37,205 bases of DNA from a virus. The position numbers and the translations under genes were made by a program. Shown here in pieces: positions 23,392 to 29,816 of this stretch. The stretch lies in IMG/VR virus record IMGVR_UViG_3300049017_000013, one strand, 5' to 3'. The first letter of the stretch is position 1. Every line of letters begins with the position of its first letter. The notes under the pieces were generated by a model. The model was not told the DNA's origin. It saw nothing but the letters and a program-made list of their open reading frames with translations, and did not search any database.

Positions 23392-24482
23392 TGGCCTGGA
23401 TGGGAATTATCCATGTCGTTTCCTGTTCCACGGGGAAAGATAGTGTAGCGGCGCTCCTGAAAGCAAAGGAACGCTTTGGCGCCCGCCGGGTTGTCGGCAT
23501 TATCTGTGACACAGGGAACGAACACGAATACGTCTGGGAACATCGGGCTTACCTAGAGCGTGTTACTGGAATTCGTATCATCATCCTGACCGCCAGTTTT
23601 GAATCCGAGATTTGGCAGAGGAGAATGTTCATTGCCCGCGATGTGCGCAACCGTCGGGAATATGACTCTGTGCCTGTATTTGAGGCGGACGGGAAGACAC
23701 CAATTCCAAAGCGAGACGGGCGAGGAAATATCATCCTGGACAAAAAAGGCAACCCGGTACAAAAGACCGTAAAGGTTGGCGGCGGTCGCCGTGTGCGCTG
23801 GACAAACAAGGCCAAGCGTAGGGCTTTGGCGAACCTCTACCCCTCGGGGAATCCATTCCTCGACCTATGCATGTGGAAGGGGCGCTTCCCAAGCCGGAAG
23901 GCGCAATTCTGCACAGAACATTTAAAGCGCAATGTTGCCGTAGAATTTCAGCTTGATTTGATCGCCCAGGGCTATACCGTAGTTAGCTGGCAGGGTGTTC
24001 GCCGGGATGAATCCGAGAACCGGAAAGACGCCAAGAAATTCGAGAAGCTTGACGATCATCTTTATGTATATCGCCCGATTGTCGAATGGACAGCAATGGA
24101 CACATTCGACTATGCCGCTTCCCTCGGTATTGAGCCAAACCCGCTTTACAAGTGCAACATGGGCCGCGTGGGTTGTATGTTATGCGTGAATGCGAAAAAG
24201 GGCGAAGTAAAAGAAGCATCCATTCGTTTCCCGCATCACATAGACAAGATAGCCGTCTGGGAAGAAAAGGTAATTTCGTGCAGTAAGCGCGGAGGCGTCA
24301 GTTTCTTCCCGGCCCCAAGTGGAAAGAAAATCGTGATAGATAAATTGGCTTATGCCAAGGCAAACAACATCTACGCTGTGGTCGAGTGGGCCAAAACTAG
24401 CCGGGGCGGCCGGCAGTTCTCACTGCTCGATGGGCTTGATGAGCCTACCGTATGCGCTTCTTCTTATGGGCTCTGCGAATGA
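23391..24482 (+). CDS. DndC/PAPS-reductase-like PP-loop ATPase (363 aa).
   Basis: TAATG coupling at 23389-23393. VVSCSTGKDS is a PP-loop (the SGGKDS type). A large basic insertion follows, then ...FLDLCMWKGRFPSRKAQFCTEHLK, W.GVRRDES and a C-terminal CMLC pair. This architecture is as in DndC/IbrA-type phage PAPS reductases. Confidence 0.7.
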   Translation: MAWMGIIHVVSCSTGKDSVAALLKAKERFGARRVVGIICDTGNEHEYVWEHRAYLERVTGIRIIILTASFESEIWQRRMFIARDVRNRREYDSVPVFEADGKTPIPKRDGRGNIILDKKGNPVQKTVKVGGGRRVRWTNKAKRRALANLYPSGNPFLDLCMWKGRFPSRKAQFCTEHLKRNVAVEFQLDLIAQGYTVVSWQGVRRDESENRKDAKKFEKLDDHLYVYRPIVEWTAMDTFDYAASLGIEPNPLYKCNMGRVGCMLCVNAKKGEVKEASIRFPHHIDKIAVWEEKVISCSKRGGVSFFPAPSGKKIVIDKLAYAKANNIYAVVEWAKTSRGGRQFSLLDGLDEPTVCASSYGLCE

Positions 24483-25186
24483 AACGCTCAGAACTCAAAC
24501 GCACGCCATTCCGCAAGCCCGCAGCATTCGGCGCCGTGCGCGCTGACGTTGAGCAGAAAACAGAGGGCAAGCCGAAGCCACCGAAGACGCGCAAGTGTGC
24601 AGTGAAGGAGTGCCGCACGCCTTTTGTGCCGGATGCGCCATTTGTGATCTGGTGCGGGCCTGATTGTGGGGAGAAGGTAGCCCAGGTGCGCCTGGCCAAG
24701 CAACGCGCCGCGCAATCGGCTGCTACGAAGCGCGCAAAGAAGGCTGAGCGGGCGAACGATCGCGCCAAGGGTGAATCACTCAAGACGCTGCCGGAACTGC
24801 TGGCCGAAGCGCGGACGGAGTTTAACCGGTTCATTCGCTTGCGCGACCATGACAAGCCTTGCATTTGTTGCGGCAAGTTTCCGCGATCCAGTCACTTGAC
24901 TGGTGGCGAATGGGATGCAGGGCATTACCGCAGTGTTGGAAGTGCTGGTCACCTTCGATTCAACGAAGATAACGTTCACCGCCAGCGAAAGCAATGCAAT
25001 CGCGATGGTGCCGGCCGGGCCGTGGATTACCGTATTGGCCTAATCGCCCGCATCGGTCTGGAGCGTGTGGAAGCGTTGGAAAACAACAACATTGTGCACA
25101 AGTGGACGAAAGACGAAGTGCGGGCGATCCGCGATACCTACCGGGCGAAAGCCACTCAACTAGCGAAGGAGCAGTGCCATGATTGA
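24479..25186 (+). CDS. ninG: NinG/Rap-family structure-specific recombination endonuclease.
   Basis: ATGA coupling at 24479-24482. MKRSELKRTPFRK..., CAVKECRTPF...WCGPDCG, FNRFIRLRD...PCICCG........GHYRS......LRFNEDNVH.QC..CN match the lambda NinG family pattern. Confidence 0.8.
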   Translation: MKRSELKRTPFRKPAAFGAVRADVEQKTEGKPKPPKTRKCAVKECRTPFVPDAPFVIWCGPDCGEKVAQVRLAKQRAAQSAATKRAKKAERANDRAKGESLKTLPELLAEARTEFNRFIRLRDHDKPCICCGKFPRSSHLTGGEWDAGHYRSVGSAGHLRFNEDNVHRQRKQCNRDGAGRAVDYRIGLIARIGLERVEALENNNIVHKWTKDEVRAIRDTYRAKATQLAKEQCHD

Positions 25187-25301
25187 CGACGACGAGGTTT
25201 TCTACATTGCTGATCCTGGCTACTGGCCGGCAGCGCTGCTGTGCGCTTTGGCCGCGGTCGTGATTGTGTTGGCCTTTCTCACTGTTGAGGTTATGGCGTG
25301 A
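25179..25301 (+). CDS. Mini membrane ORF 1 of 3 (40 aa: MIDDDEVFYIADPGYWPAALLCALAAVVIVLAFLTVEVMA).
   Basis: It falls below the track cut-off. It overlaps the ninG stop by 8 nt. One TMD. Confidence 0.4.
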   Translation: MIDDDEVFYIADPGYWPAALLCALAAVVIVLAFLTVEVMA

Positions 25302-25459
25302 TGCATTCATACCACAACCGCTCATATCGCACCGAGCGCCGGCGCGCCTGGCCGATCGTACTTGGCTGGGGAGTCGCGATCATCCCATTCATTTTCCTGC
25401 TGGCGCTGGTGTTCTACGGTGAGTGGCTTATTCAACTTGCAAAGGAGCTTCAATCATGA
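25301..25459 (+). CDS. Mini membrane ORF 2 of 3 (52 aa: MHSYHNRSYRTERRRAWPIVLGWGVAIIPFIFLLALVFYGEWLIQLAKELQS).
   Basis: TGATG coupling to ORF 1. It has a basic N-terminus and one TMD. The alternative-frame track ORF 25362..25616 is rejected. Confidence 0.4.
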   Translation: MHSYHNRSYRTERRRAWPIVLGWGVAIIPFIFLLALVFYGEWLIQLAKELQS

Positions 25460-25605
25460 TTTTCATGTGCGGCTGCGCAACAGTTTTCGTCGGAAACCTT
25501 GTCAATGGCGAGAAGCCAACCACTTTGGGCTGTGCGATTTGCACTGCTGGTTATGGGCTGATGGGCACATCTGTCTTGATGCTGCTTTTCGGGATCATGC
25601 CTTAA
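25456..25605 (+). CDS. Mini membrane ORF 3 of 3 (49 aa: MIFMCGCATVFVGNL...GYGLMGTSVLMLLFGIMP).
   Basis: ATGA coupling to ORF 2, with RBS aaaggag (25441-25447) 8 nt upstream. The track ORF 25423..25605 is in the same frame with an earlier, RBS-less start. Confidence 0.5.
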   Translation: MIFMCGCATVFVGNLVNGEKPTTLGCAICTAGYGLMGTSVLMLLFGIMP

Positions 25606-25617
25606 CGCAAAAATGAC

Positions 25618-25646
25618 TTGCGGAATTCCATGATTCCTATGATAAT
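25618..25646 (+). promoter_or_regulatory. Candidate sigma70 promoter for the replication module.
   Basis: TTGCGG (25618-25623), 17 nt spacer, GATAAT (25641-25646), in the 223-bp gap after the mini-ORF cluster. Identified by pattern only. Confidence 0.3.
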
Positions 25647-25730
25647 TTTTATGTCGGCGCGCAATGCGTTGATGCCTAAGCACCGGTCGAAAATCTTGGA
25701 GGATTGAGGCCGGATTACTGCAACAAAGTA

Positions 25731-25814
25731 GGCGCGTAGGGATGGGTAGAGTAGGCCACCAAGCTCTCTCCCCGAACTTTGCGGGGTTCCTCCAAGAACC
25801 CATCCCTACGCGTC
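25731..25814 (+). other. Long inverted repeat / structured leader element (15-17 bp stem, 50-nt loop carrying an inner hairpin).
   Basis: cgcgtagggatgggt (25733-25747) is the perfect reverse complement of acccatccctacgcg (25798-25812). Inner hairpin: ccccg-aactttg-cgggg (25770-25786). Competing 9-bp pairing: cttggagga (25695-25703) with tcctccaag (25788-25796). The element ends 14 nt before the ATG at 25829. Confidence 0.6.
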
Positions 25815-25828
25815 TGGAAAGGTAGTAA

Positions 25829-26014
25829 ATGAACCCCCTGCAATTTATCGTGGTAGGACCATTTGATGGAACCTATCACATCTGTTATCGCATCCCAGGA
25901 ACTCAATTTTATTCTTCCTATGAGACAACGAGGACCAAGCTGTCTGCTGAGCTTCGCGTCAATCAGTTGAACTCTGTGGCTGATGAGGTCGAAAAAGAAG
26001 AGGAGGGAAAGTAA
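25829..26014 (+). CDS. Hypothetical protein (61 aa, acidic C-terminus).
   Basis: RBS ggaaagg upstream. Its stop abuts the initiator start (TAA ATG). Confidence 0.5.
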   Translation: MNPLQFIVVGPFDGTYHICYRIPGTQFYSSYETTRTKLSAELRVNQLNSVADEVEKEEEGK

Positions 26015-26782
26015 ATGGCTGGCGATTGGATCAAGATGCGCCTCGAGCTTCAAACGCATCCGAAAGTTGTCCGCATTTTGTCCGCAATGCGTCCGAAAGA
26101 TGTCCAGACAAAAACGGACAAGTTCCGCGTAGTTGGTGGACTGCACGCTGTTTGGGGCGTTTTTGACACCCACTCGGAAGATGGCCACCTGAACGGTTAC
26201 ACCCCCGAAACCCTGGACCACATTATCGGTTGGGAGGGCTTCTCTCAGGCCATGATTGACGTCGGCTGGCTGTACTTCGATGAGCCGCAAGTGCTTGAAT
26301 TACCGGACTTTTCTGAGCATAACGGGGCATCTGGCAAACGTCGGGCAGAGGACCAGAAACGGAAGCGCGATGGTCGGAAAAGTCCGCAAACTGTCCGCAG
26401 TAAAACAGGACAAAATGCGGACAAAATGCGGACAGAAAGTGGACTAGAGAAGAGAAGAGAAGAGAATAATAATAGCGGCGCCTCGTCGCCGTCCAAATCC
26501 TTCGATATCCGTGCCGAGCTAAAGGTCCGTGGTGTTGATGATCGGATTTCTGAAGACTGGATCAAGCACCGCAAAGCCAAGGGCGCGAGCGTAACGGAAA
26601 CCGTTCTGAAAGCGCATATCGTGGAGGCTGATAAAGCTGCGTTGCCGCTTGGGAAGGCCCTGGCATATGCTTGTGTTGCTGGATGGCAGGGGTTCCGTGC
26701 AGACTGGTATTTGAAACGCGAGGGCAAGACCTGCGCCGGCGATGGCAATTCTTGCGACGATATCACCGCGGGGTGGAAATGA
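26015..26782 (+). CDS. Replication initiator / replisome organiser (analogous to lambda O / P22 gp18).
   Basis: The N-terminus MAGDWIKMRLELQTHPKV resembles replisome-organiser N-domains. A low-complexity basic/acidic linker overlies the iteron arrays. The C-terminal ...DWIKHRKAKGASVTETVL... is DnaT-like. The gene lies directly upstream of the helicase gene. Confidence 0.6.
   Translation: MAGDWIKMRLELQTHPKVVRILSAMRPKDVQTKTDKFRVVGGLHAVWGVFDTHSEDGHLNGYTPETLDHIIGWEGFSQAMIDVGWLYFDEPQVLELPDFSEHNGASGKRRAEDQKRKRDGRKSPQTVRSKTGQNADKMRTESGLEKRREENNNSGASSPSKSFDIRAELKVRGVDDRISEDWIKHRKAKGASVTETVLKAHIVEADKAALPLGKALAYACVAGWQGFRADWYLKREGKTCAGDGNSCDDITAGWK
26068..26120. repeat. Iteron array 1: four direct TGTCCGCA-like repeats at exact 11-bp spacing, plus one inverted GGACA.
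   Basis: TGTCCGCA at 26068, TGTCCGCA at 26079, CGTCCGAA at 26090, TGTCCAGA at 26101, and GGACA at 26116-26120. Confidence 0.7.
26373..26475. repeat. Iteron array 2 plus a purine/AT-rich tract. Probable origin of replication inside the initiator gene.
   Basis: GTCGGAA at 26373, GTCCGCA at 26382 and GTCCGCA at 26393 are direct. GGACA then occurs at 26408, 26419, 26430 and GGAC at 26441, inverted and at exact 11-bp phasing. (GAGAA)x4 followed by (TAA)x3 lies at 26447-26475. Confidence 0.65.
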
Positions 26783-27177
26783 TAGCCCCAGGCGCCGAGA
26801 AAATCATCAAGGAACGGATGCGCGGCTTTCGTCCTGCTGACACGGTGGTTGTGTCGCTGGTCGGGCCGTTCGCAGTGCTGAACCCGTCTGTACTGCCAGA
26901 GGCTGGCCGGCAATACGACTGGCGATGGGTCAAGGATTTGGACGTAGCCTTGCTGATCGCGTCTTCGCAAGACTGGAAGCAGATAGCATTCGAGATTAAG
27001 CAGGCTGCGCCCGGATATCTATGCGTCTGGGACATTCACACTCACCGCGGCGCAGAAGTGATCTGGCGCCCATACCAAACCCGTCGGGAGCCGTTTAGCG
27101 TCGAACTGCGCGGGTGGTTCTTTGGGCTGGATTACAGCGCCTTCCACGAAGAAGACAATAAGGTATTTTGGCAATGA
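26779..27177 (+). CDS. Hypothetical protein (132 aa) between initiator and helicase.
   Basis: ATGA coupling at both ends. The track ORF 26671..27177 is in the same frame with an earlier start inside the initiator gene. Confidence 0.55.
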   Translation: MIAPGAEKIIKERMRGFRPADTVVVSLVGPFAVLNPSVLPEAGRQYDWRWVKDLDVALLIASSQDWKQIAFEIKQAAPGYLCVWDIHTHRGAEVIWRPYQTRREPFSVELRGWFFGLDYSAFHEEDNKVFWQ

Positions 27178-28085
27178 ACCTGATCAGCGACACAATCGAT
27201 TTTACGCAGTACATGGAAGAAACGGAAAGCCATGCTGTCCATCCTGCCTCGCACTGGCTGCAAGACACGATAGACGCCTTCCATTCCCCGGAGCATTACG
27301 TGCCGGCGCCAACGCTGCTGTGGGACAAGACCCGTGGCGACATTCATTTCCGCCCGGGCGAAGTGTCCCTGTGGGCTGGCATCAACGGGCACGGCAAATC
27401 CATGTTCCTGTCTCACGTGACGCTGGACCTGTGCTTGCAGAAAAGCCGCGTCATGGCTGCTTCGTTTGAAATGAAGCCAGTCCGCCAGATGCAGCGCATG
27501 AGCCGCCAGGCATATGCGGACAGCCGGCCAGAGGTGGATTTCCTCAACCGGCTGGCTCGTTGGACGGACGACAAGCTGTGGATTTATGACCATGTTGGGT
27601 CGGTCGAGTGGCGCAAGTTGCTGGCTGTCATGCGCTACGCCGTGAAGAATTTCGGCATCACGCAATTCGTTCTGGATAGCCTCATGAAGTGCGTAAAAGG
27701 CGAGGATGACTACAACGCGCAGAAAGATTTTGTGACAGAGCTTTGCGCCTTTGCTGCTGCGCACAATGTACACGTTCATCTGGTGCATCACGTTCGGAAG
27801 GGCGAACATGAAGGCAAACCCCCAGGGAAATTCGATATCAAGGGTTCTGGCTCCATCACCGACCAGGTCGATAACGTGTTCATAGTGTGGCGCAACAAAA
27901 AGGCCGAGGAAGAAGTAAAGGACCAGCCGGCCGGCACAAGGTCAGCAAGTCCAAACTGCATGTTTGCCTGCGAAAAGCAGCGCAACGGCGAGAAGGAAGG
28001 GAAGTATGGGTTCTGGTTTGACCCATATTCGCAACAGTATCTTGAACACATCGACACCATTCCCATGCGGTATGAACTCAAATAA
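27174..28085 (+). CDS. DnaB-like replicative helicase, C-terminal RecA-type domain only (analogous to P22 gp12).
   Basis: Walker A is WAGINGHGKS and Walker B is QFVLDSL. HLVHHVRKG and DIKGSGSITDQVDNVFIVWRN are typical DnaB_C motifs. Confidence 0.8.
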   Translation: MNLISDTIDFTQYMEETESHAVHPASHWLQDTIDAFHSPEHYVPAPTLLWDKTRGDIHFRPGEVSLWAGINGHGKSMFLSHVTLDLCLQKSRVMAASFEMKPVRQMQRMSRQAYADSRPEVDFLNRLARWTDDKLWIYDHVGSVEWRKLLAVMRYAVKNFGITQFVLDSLMKCVKGEDDYNAQKDFVTELCAFAAAHNVHVHLVHHVRKGEHEGKPPGKFDIKGSGSITDQVDNVFIVWRNKKAEEEVKDQPAGTRSASPNCMFACEKQRNGEKEGKYGFWFDPYSQQYLEHIDTIPMRYELK

Positions 28086-28099
28086 AAGGAGAAAATGAA

Positions 28100-28258
28100 A
28101 TGAGGCAATTCATCGAATACATGCAGCAAGTAGAGGCCGGCCGGGTGCTGGCATGCGGTGGCCTGTTGATCGCAGTAGGTTGCGCTCTGTGGGGCATCAT
28201 CGACACGGCAGCGCGGCTGTACTGGTATTGCGAATCGCAGCGGAAGGGGCTGAAATAA
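28100..28258 (+). CDS. Small membrane protein (52 aa: MRQFIEYMQQVEAGRVLACGGLLIAVGCALWGIIDTAARLYWYCESQRKGLK).
   Basis: It falls below the track cut-off. RBS aaggag (28086-28091) lies 8 nt upstream. Its stop directly abuts the next ATG. Confidence 0.45.
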   Translation: MRQFIEYMQQVEAGRVLACGGLLIAVGCALWGIIDTAARLYWYCESQRKGLK

Positions 28259-28605
28259 TGGAGCCACTCGACATTCAAGCAATCAAGACAGAGCTGATGG
28301 ACTACTTGCGCGACCATGCCGGCGAGCAGATGACTGCCTACACCATCGCCAAGCGCCTTGGACAGCCGGGGCCCAGCACGCGGCACTTCCTGATCGAGCT
28401 GGCAGAGAACGGCTTGATCCGTCGCAGCGGCTCGCGCACCTCTGTGGCGTTCTATATCCCGACCCAGGCGCAAGTTGACGCTGAAAGCCGGGTGCAAGAG
28501 GACCGCTTCCGACCACTGCGCGCCAGGCCACAGATGGCAGAGCGCATAGCTCAGCTTCGGGCCGTGCGCGAGTCGCTGCCGTCGCTGCATTATGGGGTGG
28601 CATGA
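28259..28605 (+). CDS. Winged-helix-like DNA-binding protein (115 aa).
   Basis: MTAYTIAKRLGQPGPSTRHFLIELAENGLIRRSG has a MarR/wHTH-like pattern. The track ORF 28153..28605 is in the same frame with an earlier start. Confidence 0.5.
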
Positions 28606-29021
28606 TGGCTAAGCCCTTCAAATGGCGTGACCGCAGAGACCCGCTGATGATCATCGCCGGCAAGACCAAGATTCAGCCGGAAGATGTGGATGCGATCGCC
28701 CTGCCGCTGCTTATATCGCTGGATGCCGCCAAGCGCGGCCAGGCGCCAAACTCCTTGTCCAACCACCTGGCGCGGCACATGCTGGCCGCCGCCTACGTCG
28801 TGACCAAGCTGGGCAACAAGGCCATGTACGACACTGTGGCCGAGGCCTGGCAGTCCCTGAAAGCCGCCTGCGAGCGCCCAACCAAGCTGCTGGACCTGAC
28901 CACCAAGGAGTACCAGACTCTGCGCAAGGGCGTTGGCACTTATCTGCGCATGCTTCCGCATGTCGAAGCGGCTACGTTGGTAGGTGCTTACAAGCTGGCG
29001 GATGAAAGGATGGCCGCATGA
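28602..29021 (+). CDS. Hypothetical protein (139 aa). It is the last sizeable gene before the tRNAs and late operon, so it is a candidate late regulator by position only.
   Basis: ATGA coupling at both ends. No motif was recognised. Confidence 0.5.
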   Translation: MMAKPFKWRDRRDPLMIIAGKTKIQPEDVDAIALPLLISLDAAKRGQAPNSLSNHLARHMLAAAYVVTKLGNKAMYDTVAEAWQSLKAACERPTKLLDLTTKEYQTLRKGVGTYLRMLPHVEAATLVGAYKLADERMAA

Positions 29022-29197
29022 ACATTCGACCACGCCAGCAAAAGCCGCGCATCAGCAAGGTCGGTAGAAAATGGCTATGCATCGGCCTGAACTGTGGCGC
29101 GGCTGCGCACTCGCCATGGGCTGCATATGAGGATTGGAAGAAATTGACCGAGGGGAAAAGAAATGGACAGCAGAAGCATACCAACGCCAGCGCCTAA
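29018..29197 (+). CDS. Hypothetical small basic protein (59 aa).
   Basis: It falls just below the track cut-off. ATGA coupling to the upstream gene. The product reads MNIRPRQQKPRISKVGRKWLCIGLNCG... Confidence 0.4.
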   Translation: MNIRPRQQKPRISKVGRKWLCIGLNCGAAAHSPWAAYEDWKKLTEGKRNGQQKHTNASA

Positions 29198-29306
29198 TCC
29201 ACTTGGCCAAGAACACTTCACCATCACCGAAAAGCGCGCCATCCAACGCCAGGACGGGACGTGGTATTTTGAAACGATAAAGGTGGAGAAAACGGCGCTG
29301 GCATGA
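29163..29306 (+). CDS. Possible small ORF (47 aa).
   Basis: ATG with RBS gagggg 7 nt upstream. It overlaps the previous ORF by 35 nt in another frame, so the call is uncertain. Confidence 0.3.
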   Translation: MDSRSIPTPAPNPLGQEHFTITEKRAIQRQDGTWYFETIKVEKTALA

Positions 29307-29396
29307 TATCCTGAAATCACTGTAGCCGTGGGTGACAATGCCCGCGCCGCTGCCTGAAACGGCGGACGCTTCCCACGGTAGCAGTTCCAGTTATAT

Positions 29397-29484
29397 GGTA
29401 AGTTGGCCGAGTGGCCGAAGGCAGCGGTTTGCTAAACCATCCAGTCGAAAGGCTGCGCAAGTTCGAATCTTGCACTTACCGCCA
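29397..29484 (+). tRNA. tRNA-Ser (anticodon GCU), class II with a long variable arm and an encoded CCA.
   Basis: Hand-folded: acceptor GGTAAGT/ACTTACC, D-arm GCC..GGC, anticodon stem GCGGT/ACCAT (one C.A mismatch), loop TTGCTAA, variable arm CAGTC-GAAA-GGCTG, T-arm GCAAG-TTCGAAT-CTTGC, then G-CCA. It aligns closely with E. coli tRNA-Ser(GCU). Confidence 0.85.
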
Positions 29485-29491
29485 GTTTTAT

Positions 29492-29580
29492 GGAAGCGTG
29501 GCCGAGTGGTCTAAGGCACTCGTCTTGAAAACCAGCAGGTATAAAAGCCTCGCGAGTTCGAATCTACGCCGCTTCCGCCA
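29492..29580 (+). tRNA. tRNA-Ser (anticodon UGA), class II with an encoded CCA and non-canonical stems.
   Basis: Acceptor GGAAGCG/CGCTTCC. Anticodon stem CTCGT/ACCAG (C.C mismatch), loop CTTGAAA. The T-arm GCGAG-TTCGAAT-CT(A)CGC needs a bulged A. It otherwise parallels E. coli tRNA-Ser(UGA). Confidence 0.6.
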
Positions 29581-29707
29581 AGTTTAAAGTAGCAGCACTC
29601 GCACAGGGTTAGCGCCTGTGCATTAGAATCTCCTTGCAAATACACGCTGCTTATGCGAAGAGTGCTTACTACTCCTCGATTTCTCCCTGTGCTGCGATTG
29701 GACTTTG

Positions 29708-29732
29708 CCCGCCACCCTGGCGGGTTCTTTTT
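29708..29732 (+). terminator. Rho-independent terminator ending the rightward early / tRNA transcription unit.
   Basis: CCCGCC (29708-29713), accct loop, GGCGGG (29719-29724), then TTCTTTTT. Confidence 0.75.
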
Positions 29733-29737
29733 GCCCA

Positions 29738-29766
29738 CTGACACCAAGCCAATAATGTTGTACTAT
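29738..29766 (+). promoter_or_regulatory. Candidate late-operon promoter.
   Basis: CTGACA (29738-29743), 17 nt spacer, TACTAT (29761-29766). It lies 6 nt after the terminator and 50 nt upstream of the terS ATG. Confidence 0.45.
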
Positions 29767-29816
29767 CGCAAGTACCGACGCTTCCCGGACAGGAAGTAGA
29801 CCAAGAGGTACATGCT

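Noticed and set aside
26373-26475. Short tandem repeats considered as a mini-CRISPR array or a satellite.
   Set aside because: Repeat units are 8-11 bp with no unique spacers. They lie inside a coding region and are helically phased, which is the iteron/ori pattern rather than CRISPR. No cas genes are present.
25715-26970. Minus-strand ORFs 25715..26290 (191 aa) and 26245..26970 (241 aa).
   Set aside because: They are antisense to the 61-aa ORF, the initiator and the next gene. The first also runs through the structured intergenic element. They have no RBS, and the plus-strand genes are overlap-coupled and functionally coherent.
27132-28669. Minus-strand ORFs 27132..27809, 27788..28282, 28078..28590, 28283..28669 and 28590..29033.
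   Set aside because: They are antisense to the DnaB-like helicase (clear Walker motifs on the plus strand) and the coupled downstream genes. They are composition artefacts.
29591-29695. A possible third tRNA or tRNA-like gene, suggested by the 7-bp terminal complementarity GCAGCAC/GTGCTGC.
   Set aside because: There is no T-loop (GTTCRA) or D-loop signature and no plausible anticodon arm. At about 104 nt its internal helices do not fit a cloverleaf. It is kept only as a structured spacer.
29332-29747. ORFs 29332..29514 (+) and 29511..29747 (-), which overlap the tRNA region.
   Set aside because: They overlap two cloverleaf-foldable tRNA-Ser genes and the terminator. The reading frames exist only because the tRNA sequences lack stops.
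29757-29763. The shared heptamer GTTGTAC in the early operator region (22399-22405) and over the -10 of the putative late promoter, considered as a common regulator site.
   Set aside because: A 7-mer is expected several times by chance in 74 kb of two-strand sequence. The late site lacks the inverted partner seen in the early region, so it is not sufficient evidence.
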